64,000 nucleotides of DNA from Microgenomates bacterium OLB22 (GTDB lineage Bacteria; Patescibacteriota; Microgenomatia; UBA1406; HO2-37-13b). The stretch lies in NCBI GenBank assembly GCA_001567515.1, contig LLEV01000005.1, positions 54,952 to 118,951 on the forward strand, read 5' to 3'. Positions within the stretch are counted from its first letter, which is position 1, and the number at the start of each line of letters is the position of its first letter. A model generated the notes under the pieces. The model made no database searches, was not told where the DNA came from, and worked only from the letters and a program-made list of their open reading frames with translations. The position numbers were made by a program, and so were the translations under genes. This document shows positions 10,774 to 21,300 of the stretch, in pieces.

Positions 10774-11510
10774 TTCTAATGAACCCTATTATGAGAACTA
10801 TCACACTATTATTCATCTGTTTTCTTGCTTTCTTCTCTTTGCTTACTATGCCGATTTACGCTGCTCTTACACCTACCCCAACGTCCACCCCTGCTCCTAC
10901 TTCGGAGCCAACTGCTGAACCAGGTAGCCTCAATGAGAAAGTAAAACTGCTAAAGGAAAAGATAGAGACTAAAGTAGCGGAGATAGCAAAAAATGACAAG
11001 CAGATCATCAGGGGCACCATCAAAGAAGCTAGGATAGAAGAGCTAGACGTCATACAAAGCGATCAAAAGGTAAGAAAGGTCCTTCTTGAGAGTGGTGTCA
11101 CTGTGATAAAGGACTTTGTACGCACAGAGATGAAGCCTCTTGCTATCAAAGAACTCACGAAAGATGATGTGGTCATCGTAGCAGGATTTCCACTTGAAAG
11201 CGATTTCTCGGCCAAGGTAATTTATCGTATCCCAAAGATGATATTTGTCTCGGGGCAGATCACAGACCTCAGCAAAGACTTTGTTATTACCCTCATTGGT
11301 GATGATAAAAAGGAAGTCTCCATAGATATCGAGTCATCGACCACGCAGAATCTCCTAGACAGCAAGAACATCATCTATAAGAAGACAGGATTTTCTAAAA
11401 TTAAGGTGGGAGATAGGATACAGGCAGTAGTTCTAGAAGGAGCATCGGGCAAAAATAAAAAGGCCCTACGGATTGCTATCATTCCTCAAGAATATTTTGC
11501 GAGTCAGTAA
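10770..11510 (+). CDS. hypothetical secreted protein with Pro/Thr-rich linker
   Basis: Signal peptide ...TMPIYAALTPTPTSTPAPTSEPTAEP; start overlaps previous stop (ATGA-type coupling). Confidence 0.45.
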   Translation: MILMNPIMRTITLLFICFLAFFSLLTMPIYAALTPTPTSTPAPTSEPTAEPGSLNEKVKLLKEKIETKVAEIAKNDKQIIRGTIKEARIEELDVIQSDQKVRKVLLESGVTVIKDFVRTEMKPLAIKELTKDDVVIVAGFPLESDFSAKVIYRIPKMIFVSGQITDLSKDFVITLIGDDKKEVSIDIESSTTQNLLDSKNIIYKKTGFSKIKVGDRIQAVVLEGASGKNKKALRIAIIPQEYFASQ

Positions 11511-12024
11511 TAGTAGAAAGGATTTCGTTGATAAATAGTATTTTTCTTCGATAATACTCTCTGGTACTCATACCTCCGGATGATTCCTTTAACCGCTCAT
11601 AATCAATAAGTGCACTGGGATTTTCCTTTAAATGATTCCAAAAAAGTCTATTATTAGTCCAATCCTCAGAATCTTTATTTACCAGAAGTATCTCAAGTTC
11701 AATATCCTCCCTATAGATGTTAAAGCGAGCTCTATTTTGGAGGGAAACACTTCCAGGCTCTCCATAGGAATCCTTTAGTTTTACGAGGAATGGTTCAAAG
11801 AGTCCCACTTCAACCGGGATGTAAATATCTACATCTCCTTTCCCTGAGATTTCTAGACTACTTGCACCCATGTGATAAATATCAATTGAATCCCCAAGCA
11901 ATTGCAATAAAGTCTGTTTTTCTCTTTGGAAAATCTCTTTTACAGCTGGATTATAAGGGTATATCTGGACTTGATCTACATCAGATAATTTTTCCAACCA
12001 CTCTTGTTGTTTCTTAGTTAGCAT
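11479..12024 (-). CDS. GrpB-family (UPF0157) nucleotidyltransferase-fold protein
   Basis: HMGASSLEISGKGDVDIYIPV resembles the GrpB HxGSTxxxxxxAKPxIDI motif; C-terminal NRLFWNHLKENPSALIDYERLK matches the GrpB tail. Confidence 0.5.
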   Translation of the reverse strand: MLTKKQQEWLEKLSDVDQVQIYPYNPAVKEIFQREKQTLLQLLGDSIDIYHMGASSLEISGKGDVDIYIPVEVGLFEPFLVKLKDSYGEPGSVSLQNRARFNIYREDIELEILLVNKDSEDWTNNRLFWNHLKENPSALIDYERLKESSGGMSTREYYRRKILFINEILSTITDSQNILEE

Positions 12025-12073
12025 GATAGATAGGATAACTACTTTGACCTTCCCATATTACATCAAACTATTA

Positions 12074-14245
12074 CTAATTATTTTGACCACCCTGACTCTC
12101 CTCATTATTCTGAGCATCTGGATTCACGGATGGCTCTCTTCGGATCGGATTACAGGGGACAGTCTCATGTTCACCAACATATTCCCCCGATGATCCACAA
12201 AATCGCTTTGTAAAACCACTCGGTGCGATAAATGGAGAATGAGGAGTCTGAGGATACTTGTATCGATATTCTGATTCTAGCTTATCCATAACTCGCCTCC
12301 ATATCGGCGCTGCGCCTGTAATACCCGATGTCAACTGCTGATCCATCGGAGTATTATCATTGTTCCCCACCCATACCGCTGTAAGAAAGGTATCAGTAAA
12401 ACCGATAGTCAAGTTGTCACGTTTGGCGTTAGTCGTCCCCGTCTTTACAGCCGATAGGTAGTCAGTTTTTAGTAAAGAGGCCGATCCAAAAGCTGATGAA
12501 CGAGCGATATTGTCAGATAGTATCGAGCTTATCCAAAAAGCAGTTTGCTCTGAGATCACTCGTTCGGGCTTAAATGTATCTTTCAGCAGCAACTTACCCC
12601 GGTAATCTTCGATACGCAATATAGGTCGAGCTTCTATCTTCATCCCTCTATTGGCAAAGACACCATAGGCAGACGCCAACTCAATAAGCTTGACCTCACC
12701 AGCCCCAAGTGCAATTGATAGTCCGTATCTACTCGGATCGTTCCACGTCGTAATACCCATGTCTTTTCCAAATCTCAAAAAGTCTTTTAGAGAGTATTCG
12801 TAGAGCGTCCGAACAGATGGGATGTTATAAGAGTTCCCCAGTGCAGTACGTATCGATACTCTCCCATGAAATTGGCCATCATAGTTGCGTGGACTATATA
12901 CTTGTGAGCCATTTGCAAAGGTCACTGGACTATCATCTACGATATTCCAAGGTCGTTGCCCATGTTCGAAGGCGTATGCATACACGAGCGGCTTGATAGA
13001 TGAGCCTGGCTGGCGAATACCAGTAGTTACATTGTACGCTCCATAAGGCTTAGAGTAATAATCGCGCGATCCTACCATAGCCAGAACCTCACCGGTATAG
13101 GGATCAAGTACGATGATAGCCCCGTTTGTGACCTTGAGATTTTCTAACTTTTGTAGCTCTTCCTGCAGAATATTCTCCAGTTCATTTTGCAGAGTAAGGT
13201 CAATGGTCGTATATACACGTAGTCCGCCCTCTTCAGTCATTCGTGTACCATACTTATCCTCTAACAACTGTTTTACGTAGAACACAAAGTGGGGGGCCTT
13301 CAGGTACGTCCCCGCATTATCATTAAAGTGAAGCTCCTCCTTTTGGGCAGCATCTGCTTCGGCCTCATTTATGTATCCTTGCTGCACCATCTCTTGCAAG
13401 ACGTAGTTTCTTCGGTGAATTGCTGCTTGTTCGTCAGTGAAGGGAGAATAGACTGAAGGGGCTTTAGGAAGTCCAGCCAGAAGTGCCGCTTCGCTAAGTG
13501 TGATATCACGCACAGACTTGCCAAAATAGCGCTGGGCTGCCTGCTCAATACCATATGAAGAGCCACCATAGGGGACTTGGTTGAGATACATCTCTAAAAT
13601 AGTATCCTTGGAGTAAACACGCTCAGCCCACAATGCTATCACGGCCTCTTTGACCTTGCGTGTTACAGAGCGTTCAGAGCTCAAGAGAGATGTCTTGATA
13701 AGTTGCTGAGTAATGGTAGAGCCACCCTGCAAATGACCTGTAAAGAGCGAGTCCTTAATAGCTCTGAAGATCCCGCCAAAAAGGGATATGCCATTGTGAC
13801 GAAGGAAATCTTTATCCTCTACAGCAATTGTTGCCTCGACCAGATGTTCAGGAACAACCTTTAGTGATACAGGTGTTCTATTTTGATCACCTGCTATCTC
13901 GTAAATGAGTGTACCGTCCCTATCAAATATCTGTGTAGAAACTGAGTAATTGACTGAGCCGATCAAGTGAGGGTTAGGAAGATCAGAAACAGCCTGATAC
14001 AACCAGACTATTCCTAAAAAAGTCATGCAAAATACTATCCCTAAAAAAAAGATAAGCACCTGTTTGAGACTTTCGGTACCACGGCCCGCGGGGATAGACA
14101 GAGGGGTAATCTTTTTCTTACTCACCTTCTTTTTTGAATCTGCGGCTACACGAGTAGACTCAATCAGTGAAGATGCGTAGCTACGCAAAACGGTCCATGC
14201 CTTTCCTATGCTACTTAAACCGTCTGCTCCTCTAAGTAGCTTCAC
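12074..14245 (-). CDS. class A penicillin-binding protein (second PBP1A paralog), intact
   Basis: 723 aa; TM anchor; GT51 motifs (EDKDFLRHNGIS, GGSTITQQL); transpeptidase SSIKP, SYN, KTGTTNA. Confidence 0.9.
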   Translation of the reverse strand: MKLLRGADGLSSIGKAWTVLRSYASSLIESTRVAADSKKKVSKKKITPLSIPAGRGTESLKQVLIFFLGIVFCMTFLGIVWLYQAVSDLPNPHLIGSVNYSVSTQIFDRDGTLIYEIAGDQNRTPVSLKVVPEHLVEATIAVEDKDFLRHNGISLFGGIFRAIKDSLFTGHLQGGSTITQQLIKTSLLSSERSVTRKVKEAVIALWAERVYSKDTILEMYLNQVPYGGSSYGIEQAAQRYFGKSVRDITLSEAALLAGLPKAPSVYSPFTDEQAAIHRRNYVLQEMVQQGYINEAEADAAQKEELHFNDNAGTYLKAPHFVFYVKQLLEDKYGTRMTEEGGLRVYTTIDLTLQNELENILQEELQKLENLKVTNGAIIVLDPYTGEVLAMVGSRDYYSKPYGAYNVTTGIRQPGSSIKPLVYAYAFEHGQRPWNIVDDSPVTFANGSQVYSPRNYDGQFHGRVSIRTALGNSYNIPSVRTLYEYSLKDFLRFGKDMGITTWNDPSRYGLSIALGAGEVKLIELASAYGVFANRGMKIEARPILRIEDYRGKLLLKDTFKPERVISEQTAFWISSILSDNIARSSAFGSASLLKTDYLSAVKTGTTNAKRDNLTIGFTDTFLTAVWVGNNDNTPMDQQLTSGITGAAPIWRRVMDKLESEYRYKYPQTPHSPFIAPSGFTKRFCGSSGEYVGEHETVPCNPIRREPSVNPDAQNNEESQGGQNN

Positions 14246-14476
14246 AACTTTCCCCCCCGGCCAAGACTATGTAACGTGCCATCTGTTGCGTCCAGAGGAC
14301 ATAACTGGTCAAGAGCACAAAAAGTCGGTTGAGCGCCCAGAGAGTAATAGACCCTATAGTGGTAAAAAAAATTGAAGAGGCCAATTAGTAGTGAGATGAT
14401 GAGCTGCTTCATTGAGCATGAATTCTATAAGATACTCTTGCTTTTTGCAAGTAGAGACTACCTTAGGGGAGGGAGA

Positions 14477-15325
14477 CTAATGCACATCAGGTAGCTTTAC
14501 CAGTTCAGTCGCTATCACTAGCCTGCGCAGATAAGTACCTGGCGGAGTGCATGTTATAAGATACAAATAAGGACGATCATACTGCTGTTCTAAGACCGAG
14601 ACCTGTGATGGCTCTACTTCAAATTTATCAACCACTTGGTACTCACAGGTGATGTCTCCAATAGTTAGGATGACACGATCGCCACTTGTAAGAGTCGCAA
14701 GATAGGTAAAGATACTGGTATATAACTTATCAGTAGTAAAACGTGCTAAAGCAGGATGAGTTGAGTGTCCGAAGATAGTTACCTTACCATACTCACACGG
14801 TAAGACTCGTGGTTGGAAATGAATAAGTCCCTTTAACAGATCTTCGCCATTTACCTGCACCTTCGCATCATAAATGTCCAACTTGGGGATAGAGATCGTA
14901 TACTCACTAACCGAGAAAGCTCTTTTCGCAGGCGTATCGTCTGCATACACAGTGGGGAACCAGGAAGCTGCCTTGGTATAGTCAGCAAGATTTGTTGTGT
15001 ATACTGTACTTTTTTTGTTAGTAAAACCTTCTACTACCGATGAAGATCCATTGTCTGTTGGGCTTATGATACGAGTATTTAGGATAAAGCGAGCAAATAG
15101 TTCATATTGGATGATAGGAAACAGTGACCAAAACAAGAATAGTGAACCACAGAGTATTGCCACATAAGAAAAATAGGCAACTGGCTTTTTATAACGATGG
15201 TCCTTTTTTTTTGTAGCAGTAAAGAGCCATACATCATTGGATATCAATACTGACAGAAATATTTTGATAAAAAAGTGGCAGAATTGAATTGAGGAAATAT
15301 AGGTTATTATCAAAACGAATGTCAA
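14477..15325 (-). CDS. sortase-family transpeptidase (start uncertain)
   Basis: Catalytic TLxTC motif LYLITCTPPGT and conserved His region IFGHSTH; N-terminal TM; the 5' end overlaps the upstream ORF and contains an in-frame A9 run. Confidence 0.7.
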   Translation of the reverse strand: MTFVLIITYISSIQFCHFFIKIFLSVLISNDVWLFTATKKKDHRYKKPVAYFSYVAILCGSLFLFWSLFPIIQYELFARFILNTRIISPTDNGSSSVVEGFTNKKSTVYTTNLADYTKAASWFPTVYADDTPAKRAFSVSEYTISIPKLDIYDAKVQVNGEDLLKGLIHFQPRVLPCEYGKVTIFGHSTHPALARFTTDKLYTSIFTYLATLTSGDRVILTIGDITCEYQVVDKFEVEPSQVSVLEQQYDRPYLYLITCTPPGTYLRRLVIATELVKLPDVH

Positions 15326-16481
15326 CTGAGTCTATATCATACCTACGGCTAAGAAGATCCTGGATTGTCCCCAAAGGTTTACCACGAACCTCTTTCTTGA
15401 CGTTTGCCACGTCGATAGAAGGTACTGGTTTAGCTTGTACTTCAAACACGATGATCGAGTCTTTTTCTTTCAGTTCCTTTACTGATATTTGCAAGGACCT
15501 TAAATCCGCAGTGGATTCGTCAGGAAGTTTTTCATTTATCTCCGGAAGTATCTTAACCAAAACATCCTTTCTATCTAAGAGAGCTACTTGTACCTTTTGC
15601 TTTGTCTTAAGAGTGAGCAGTGCAGCCTCTTTGCCTGGTTGGGCTGAAAGTGATTCGGTCTTTTCTGAGCTCGATTGCAATTGAGGGATCAAGATCTCAT
15701 CTGTTGTGCCCAACTGCTTGGAGAGTTCTTGTTTCACTTGTTCTCCATTGGCTTTCTGGAGCTTTTTGACATCCTCCTGAGATGGCGTCTGGATCTGTCT
15801 TTTTGAACCCCCAACAAATGCTCTTGTGACAACACCGAAAACGCTCGTTTGGGGTATCCCATTGAATGTAAGCTTCGCATCCTTAGTCATGTTATACTCT
15901 TCACCTATGTTCTTAGCAGTGGCACCTACAGCTTGCTTTGATGTGACGGTCAGGATGTTTCCCTCTGACGTAACTTGTGCCGTTGATGATGAAAGCTTAA
16001 TCTCTTTATCCAATTGGTATTCGAGTCCTGATGCTGACCTCATTACTTGTCCAGGTCCTAGAGTCACCGACTTAGTATCACCACTGTAGACGGTCACCTC
16101 ACCCTTAGACTTCTCTCCCACGGTCGCTGTCCCCGTAGTGGCCGTGGACGAGGATGTCTCGATCGCCACATCTCTCCGTTGAACTGAGAAAGATGAGACC
16201 GGGGCCTCAAGCTCTTGTTTGACAGATACTGGTTTGAGTACTAAAGTCACTTCAGCTCTATGTAGAAAATATAGAAGCCCTGATGCACCAAGGAGAAGAA
16301 GAACCGCAAATGATAGTGCTAAAGTTAACCTCTTATGAGGAAGTGTGAATGGCATAGACGGAATAGATAAAGAGAAACGTCTTATCATTGTAGCAAAGGG
16401 ATTCGACGGACTATCTTGCCCAGAGCCCTGATCGTCATACACAGACTGATCGTTTGATGAGTATGACTCCTGAGACCTCAT
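15234..16481 (-). CDS. hypothetical membrane-anchored protein with long Ser/Thr/Gln-rich extracytoplasmic region
   Basis: 415-aa ORF; single TM (LTLALSFAVLLLLGASGLLYFL); start ATG overlaps upstream stop (ATGA). Confidence 0.4.
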   Translation of the reverse strand: MRSQESYSSNDQSVYDDQGSGQDSPSNPFATMIRRFSLSIPSMPFTLPHKRLTLALSFAVLLLLGASGLLYFLHRAEVTLVLKPVSVKQELEAPVSSFSVQRRDVAIETSSSTATTGTATVGEKSKGEVTVYSGDTKSVTLGPGQVMRSASGLEYQLDKEIKLSSSTAQVTSEGNILTVTSKQAVGATAKNIGEEYNMTKDAKLTFNGIPQTSVFGVVTRAFVGGSKRQIQTPSQEDVKKLQKANGEQVKQELSKQLGTTDEILIPQLQSSSEKTESLSAQPGKEAALLTLKTKQKVQVALLDRKDVLVKILPEINEKLPDESTADLRSLQISVKELKEKDSIIVFEVQAKPVPSIDVANVKKEVRGKPLGTIQDLLSRRYDIDSVDIRFDNNLYFLNSILPLFYQNISVSIDIQ

Positions 16482-16744
16482 ATCATCAATGACAAAGCCA
16501 GCAACTTCTTGTGATGGGACGGACAGCTTCTCTTGATCAGCTTCGATGAACTCCTCACGCCCTGTGCCTGATCCGTCTTCGGGGCGCCGTCGTCTTCAGT
16601 CGATGCATCGGGGGCTGCTGCCACGACTGGGGAAGGAACTGGAGGTATCGAACCAGGAAACAATGTGGATTGGACCAATGCTATAGTTGCCTTTTCAAGC
16701 GATACAGGATCAAAGTGGGATATAGTAGGCTCGCCAGCACACAA
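16478..16744 (-). CDS. hypothetical small Pro/Ala-rich protein (doubtful; could be a mis-framed part of a neighbour)
   Basis: 88-aa low-complexity ORF in a locally GC-rich stretch, coupled by ATGA to the downstream gene. Confidence 0.2.
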   Translation of the reverse strand: MCAGEPTISHFDPVSLEKATIALVQSTLFPGSIPPVPSPVVAAAPDASTEDDGAPKTDQAQGVRSSSKLIKRSCPSHHKKLLALSLMI

Positions 16745-17367
16745 CCCCAGAATCCAATAATCCCTGATCGAACAAAGTCTACAACCCCTTCTTTAGTACT
16801 GGGAGTGTAAATGACGACCGTCTCTGAGATCGGATTTTTTTCATGAATCTTATGCAATAGCTCTATGACATCGGCACTTGGATCAAGACTTGACTCCTTC
16901 GTTTGTGAATCTATGATATGACCTGCTTTGACCAACCGAACAGTCATACTTGTCGAACATTCAACTAAGAGGTAGTCCTCCTCTGTTACTATTGTCTTGA
17001 TCACATCCAAACTATCTACAAAGCCAATAGCCTTTAGATCGAGCTCGTCAAATAGCTTTTTAAAGACTGCTTTTGAATCATTTGAGAGTACGCCTGTAGT
17101 TGGATCCATAAACATACCAGGGACTATCAATAAGGTATCTTTAGCCTTCTTTTGCACTTTAGTCTCAAGTTGATAGAGCAACTCATCAACTTCCTCAACA
17201 TAATGAGTAAAGTCTGTAAGCTCGATGGTATGGTCACTGATTGCACTAAGACTCTGAGCAGCCTCATCTTTAGCAACAAGTAGGCCCGTCAGAGAAGATT
17301 GAAAAATAAACAGAACGAAGACCATATCAACAGATGATGCCTTTGTTTCAGATAGTTCTTTTATCAT
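16681..17367 (-). CDS. hypothetical protein with C-terminal TM helix
   Basis: 228-aa ORF, no recognisable motif; C-terminal IIGFWGCVLASLLYPTLILY. Confidence 0.35.
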   Translation of the reverse strand: MIKELSETKASSVDMVFVLFIFQSSLTGLLVAKDEAAQSLSAISDHTIELTDFTHYVEEVDELLYQLETKVQKKAKDTLLIVPGMFMDPTTGVLSNDSKAVFKKLFDELDLKAIGFVDSLDVIKTIVTEEDYLLVECSTSMTVRLVKAGHIIDSQTKESSLDPSADVIELLHKIHEKNPISETVVIYTPSTKEGVVDFVRSGIIGFWGCVLASLLYPTLILYRLKRQL

Positions 17368-17368
17368 A

Positions 17369-18817
17369 CTATTGGACAGTTATTTTGTATTTCTTGATGA
17401 TTTGCTGCACCCCGCTTGCTGCCGTCTCAAATGCAGCACGATAAGATGTCCCTTTTATAGTAGCATTTACAGCATCCTTTAGATAGGCTCTTATTTCATC
17501 ATTGAGTCCATTGTCGGCTGTTCGTGATGCTAAGGGATAACTTTCAGCCTGACCCGCTTGATCTGCAAGTGGAGCAAGAAACTGATTTGATCTCACAAGG
17601 TCGGCCATATCGCGTCTAGGATAAGCTGACCCAAACATACGCATCTTTGACTGCTGTTCAAAAAGCTTTGCTTGTGTTTCTTTTTCTGATAGAAACTTCA
17701 AAAACTTCCATGCCTCCTCCTGATGACTGCTTGAACGCGAAACTCCATCTGCCCAGTATGTTGAAATAGTAGTTGATTGAGACTCTCCTGGTAAGAGCGG
17801 CAAAGTGCTTACGGCTAATTGAGCCCCGGGATTGATGGACCTTATGGTGAATATTTCCCATGTAGGGGCAAAGATGATTGCAACTTTGCCTTGAGCAAAA
17901 GCTTGAATGTCATTCGGCATACTTTCATCCCAGATCCGTAAGGGGTCTTCTGCAAAGCTGCGATAACTCTGCAGGACCTCAACTGCTTCATTTGAAGTCA
18001 AGTCATAGAGACTTGCCCCATTTTGAAGTAGCATCCAGCCTAGGATTTCACTAAAATGCTCGATATTTTCCGCAGTACCCAGAGCAACCCCTGAGGTAAC
18101 AAGGGCTCCTTCCTGCTTTTTGACAGTTACCTCTTTTGCTGTAGATAACAACTCTTCCCAAGTCTTAGGAGGACTTTCAAAGCCCAATCTACTGAGCAAT
18201 TCAGGGTTGTAGATGAGAACAAGCATATCCATACCAAAGGGCAACCCAATTATCTTCTTATCATATACAAGATCCTTTTTCATAAAGGGATAATAAAGGG
18301 TCTCAAACTGTTGTTGGTTTATGATCTTATCCGGAGCAGGGACAAGCACCTCTTGTAACATTGGAGCCCAAGTTGCATGAAAGCGAAATATGTCTGGGCC
18401 CTCACCTTTGGGTATACGGAACTGAAGTTTCTCTCGATATTGACCAGGCGACTGCTGTTCATATCTTATGGTAACCGCAGGATTTACTTTCTTATAATCA
18501 GCTATAACACTATTCATTACAGAGGTATCTTCCCACAGTCCCCAATAGGTGAGAGTTATTTCTTTTTTCTTGCCGACTCTCGTTAAGACGGTAAAAATAA
18601 GACCGACGAGACATAGAAAAACTACTCCAATTCCTAAGAAAATGAGAATTTTAGGGATACCCCCTGGCTTTTTTTCATAAGGAGCTACTATCGAATCTGG
18701 ATGTTCAGGAGAGGAAGACTCTAAAACTGTGTTAGAGTCTACAGGAGGCTCTGTTTGAGCAGGAGATGGAGGTTGGAGTCCTTGGGCAGGTTCATTCTCC
18801 ACATGTGAATCTTCCAC
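17369..18817 (-). CDS. ABC transporter extracellular solute-binding protein (family 1, sugar-type), membrane-anchored
   Basis: N-terminal Pro-rich tail then TM; ITLTYWGLWEDTS start of SBP fold, size 482 aa. Confidence 0.55.
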   Translation of the reverse strand: MEDSHVENEPAQGLQPPSPAQTEPPVDSNTVLESSSPEHPDSIVAPYEKKPGGIPKILIFLGIGVVFLCLVGLIFTVLTRVGKKKEITLTYWGLWEDTSVMNSVIADYKKVNPAVTIRYEQQSPGQYREKLQFRIPKGEGPDIFRFHATWAPMLQEVLVPAPDKIINQQQFETLYYPFMKKDLVYDKKIIGLPFGMDMLVLIYNPELLSRLGFESPPKTWEELLSTAKEVTVKKQEGALVTSGVALGTAENIEHFSEILGWMLLQNGASLYDLTSNEAVEVLQSYRSFAEDPLRIWDESMPNDIQAFAQGKVAIIFAPTWEIFTIRSINPGAQLAVSTLPLLPGESQSTTISTYWADGVSRSSSHQEEAWKFLKFLSEKETQAKLFEQQSKMRMFGSAYPRRDMADLVRSNQFLAPLADQAGQAESYPLASRTADNGLNDEIRAYLKDAVNATIKGTSYRAAFETAASGVQQIIKKYKITVQ

Positions 18818-18915
18818 AGCCGGGGGGAGGAGATGAGGCTATTGGTTGGGGCAATTCCTCATGCATATTTTCATCAGACATATCTATAATAATAGCATTA
18901 AGAAATGCTATCACA

Positions 18916-20332
18916 ATGAAAAGAGGACACTTTTACTTTTTTGCTAAACACACAATCCTTTCGCTATGTGTAGCTTTCTTGCTTTGTGCACTTACTGCAG
19001 GTATTGTTTTTGGGGCACTCTATTATGCTGCCAAAGTCACATACAAAGATCGCGTCCTCCCCTATACCTATGTAAATAGTTTGAATGTATCTGGGAAGAC
19101 ACCTGGTCAAGTTGAAGAGCTACTTACCAAAGCAACTTAATGAATTGCAGAAAAAAGAGTACCGCTTCGTATACAACGATGTAGAAGAAAAGATAATAGC
19201 CGGAGAAGATCTTTTCTTTTCTTATAACTTCGATGGGATACGACCTATCCTCACGAGAGAGAATAAATCCCTCCTGAGCAATCTATACGCAATTTTTTAT
19301 CCACGTAGTGCTTCATGAGCCAACAATAATTACCATTAAGCCCACGTATCAACCTTCGACCATAGCAGAGTATTTAGATGATCTAGATAAGAGGTATGGG
19401 AAAGAAGCAAAGGATGCTAAGTTTCAACTAGAAGGGAGAAAGGTTGTTGCTTTTCAGATTGAAGAGCAGGGGAATAAAGTAGATAGAGAAAAAACAATTG
19501 CTGATTTTGAGCGCAGCCTAGGGTCTGAGGCTAGCACTCCAACGATATCAGTGTCGAGCATATTTCAACTACCGCTAGTTCAAATCAAGGATATCAACAC
19601 CTATGGCATAGTCGAGAAAGTGGCAGAAGGTGTCTCAGATTACAGTGGATCTTCAAATGAAAGAGTACACAACCTGTTACTCGCAGCAAAGCAGTTACAT
19701 GGTGTACTGATTCCAAAGGGGGAGATATTTTCCTATAACAAGGCAGTAGGCGATATCTCTGTAAAAGACCGGATATAAACAAGCATATATTATTCAAGAC
19801 GGCAAAACTGTCTTGGGTGACGGAGGTGGGATCTGTCAGACATCTACTACCATGTTCAGAGCTGCATTAAATGCAGGCCTGCCGATCATAGAGCGACATG
19901 CTCATTCATATAGAGTACGATATTATGAAAATGACCAAAAACCTGGACTAGACGCTACTGTATTTGCTCCCCGTGTTGATTTTCGTTTTAAAAATGATAC
20001 GCCAGCAGCTTTACTTATACAGATGCATGTTGATAAGGAGAAAAGGAAGCTAACTTTTTTCTCTTTATGGTACCCGTGACGGACGAGTCACTACTATTAG
20101 TCCTATCAGGGTATCTGGGTATCGTCCAGCTCCTGAGCCCCAGTATATAGATGATCCAACACTTCCAAGAGGCACACAAAAACAAGTTGATTGGGCAGCC
20201 ACTGGGGCCACATCAAGGTTTGACTACCTCGTAAAGAGAGACGGAGAGATCTTGCAAGAGAAGACATTTGTATCCAACTACAGACCATGGCAAGCTAAAT
20301 TCCTCGTGGGAACAAGAGACTAGACTATTTAT
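18916..20332 (+). CDS. VanW/YoaR-family protein, fragmented into at least 5 frames
   Basis: GDGGGICQTSTTMFRAALNAGL and FKNDT are VanW hallmarks; pieces 18916-19140, 19085-19318, 19308-19778, 19813-20079, 20064-20332 rejoin by single-base changes at T6 19293-19298, A4 19763-19766, T6 20055-20060 and one site in 19085-19140. Confidence 0.7.
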
Positions 20333-20405
20333 TACTATTCTGCCTTTCCTTACCTGACTCGCTTTCTTTACCTATCTTGCTATTCGCTTGTCTAGCTTAA
20401 AGCCA

Positions 20406-20855
20406 TTATCTCTTTGGAGATTGTTTTTGTCGTCGAGACTTGCCTCCCGTACCGGGTTTTCTCCTCTCGCGTATTCGAGCATCTCTAGTAAGGAGTCCCT
20501 CTTTCTTAAGAGGGGCCCTCATAAGTTGATCAACAGATTGCAGTGCTCTGGCTGCCCCAAGAAGTACAGCCTCAAGCTGGCCTTCCTTTCCGCCACCAGA
20601 GGTTGTAATACTGACTGCAAACCGATCAAGCGCAGAAACTAGATCAAAGACTTTGTTATATCGTGCCTGATCATGCTTTGAAGTAAAATAATCAGCTAAA
20701 GTGATTCCATTAATCACGTGTCTTCCCTTTTTCAAAGCAAAAGAGCTTACAGAAAATTCTTGCCCATCCTGCGGGATATAGAGGCGTACTCTAGCTACGG
20801 CGGATCTGCGTCTACCGACTCCTTCGTGATATAGTTGATCTTTCTTTTTAGGCAT
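20406..20855 (-). CDS. rpsI: 30S ribosomal protein S9
   Basis: C-terminal GGGKEGQLEAVLLGAARAL ... KSRRQKQSPKR. Confidence 0.9.
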   Translation of the reverse strand: MPKKKDQLYHEGVGRRRSAVARVRLYIPQDGQEFSVSSFALKKGRHVINGITLADYFTSKHDQARYNKVFDLVSALDRFAVSITTSGGGKEGQLEAVLLGAARALQSVDQLMRAPLKKEGLLTRDARIRERRKPGTGGKSRRQKQSPKR

Positions 20856-20870
20856 AGTTGATATGAACAG

Positions 20871-21290
20871 TTAAGATTGGGTGATAGGCCCTTGGTCTTT
20901 ATGGATAAATAGACGAGTCATCATCTGTGCGCGGAGTTTGTTTTTTGGAAGCATACCATATACAGCATGACGCATAACCAGCTCAGGACGGATACTCATT
21001 AGCTCTTTAAATGTTTTCTCCCGAAGCCCTCCAGGGAAGCCTGTATAACTAGTATACAGTTTTTGCATCTCTTTCCTTCCTGTCAGACGCGCTTTTGAAG
21101 CATTGATGACTACGACTGTAACTCCCCGTTGTGTGGTGGGATCAAATGTACGGATGTCTTTACCTATTAATAGTCGGGCAATGGCACTTGCGGCTCTACC
21201 TACCACCTTATTTTCTACATCAAAAATGACTTTCTCCTTATCGGAGGTCTGTGGAAATACTACTTTGGTTTGTTTGGTATAGCGGATCAT
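20871..21290 (-). CDS. rplM: 50S ribosomal protein L13
   Basis: 139 aa, L13 fold (KEMQKLYTSYTGFPGG). Confidence 0.9.
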   Translation of the reverse strand: MIRYTKQTKVVFPQTSDKEKVIFDVENKVVGRAASAIARLLIGKDIRTFDPTTQRGVTVVVINASKARLTGRKEMQKLYTSYTGFPGGLREKTFKELMSIRPELVMRHAVYGMLPKNKLRAQMMTRLFIHKDQGPITQS

Positions 21291-21300
21291 GGTAATAATA

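Noticed and set aside
14246-14476. Possible small RNA or tRNA in the 230-nt spacer between PBP1A-2 and sortase, and in other spacers (1656-1763, 37495-37600, 44006-44195, 60358-60509)
   Set aside because: No cloverleaf-compatible stems or conserved tRNA boxes found by eye; only a weak hairpin (14438-14452) and a possible 48-aa hydrophobic ORF. Not enough to call.
16478-17367. Joining ORFs 16681..17367, 16478..16744 and 15234..16481 into a single frameshifted gene
   Set aside because: The 16478/16481 junction is a clean ATGA stop/start overlap, and I could not identify conserved sequence continuing across either junction; left as separate low-confidence ORFs.
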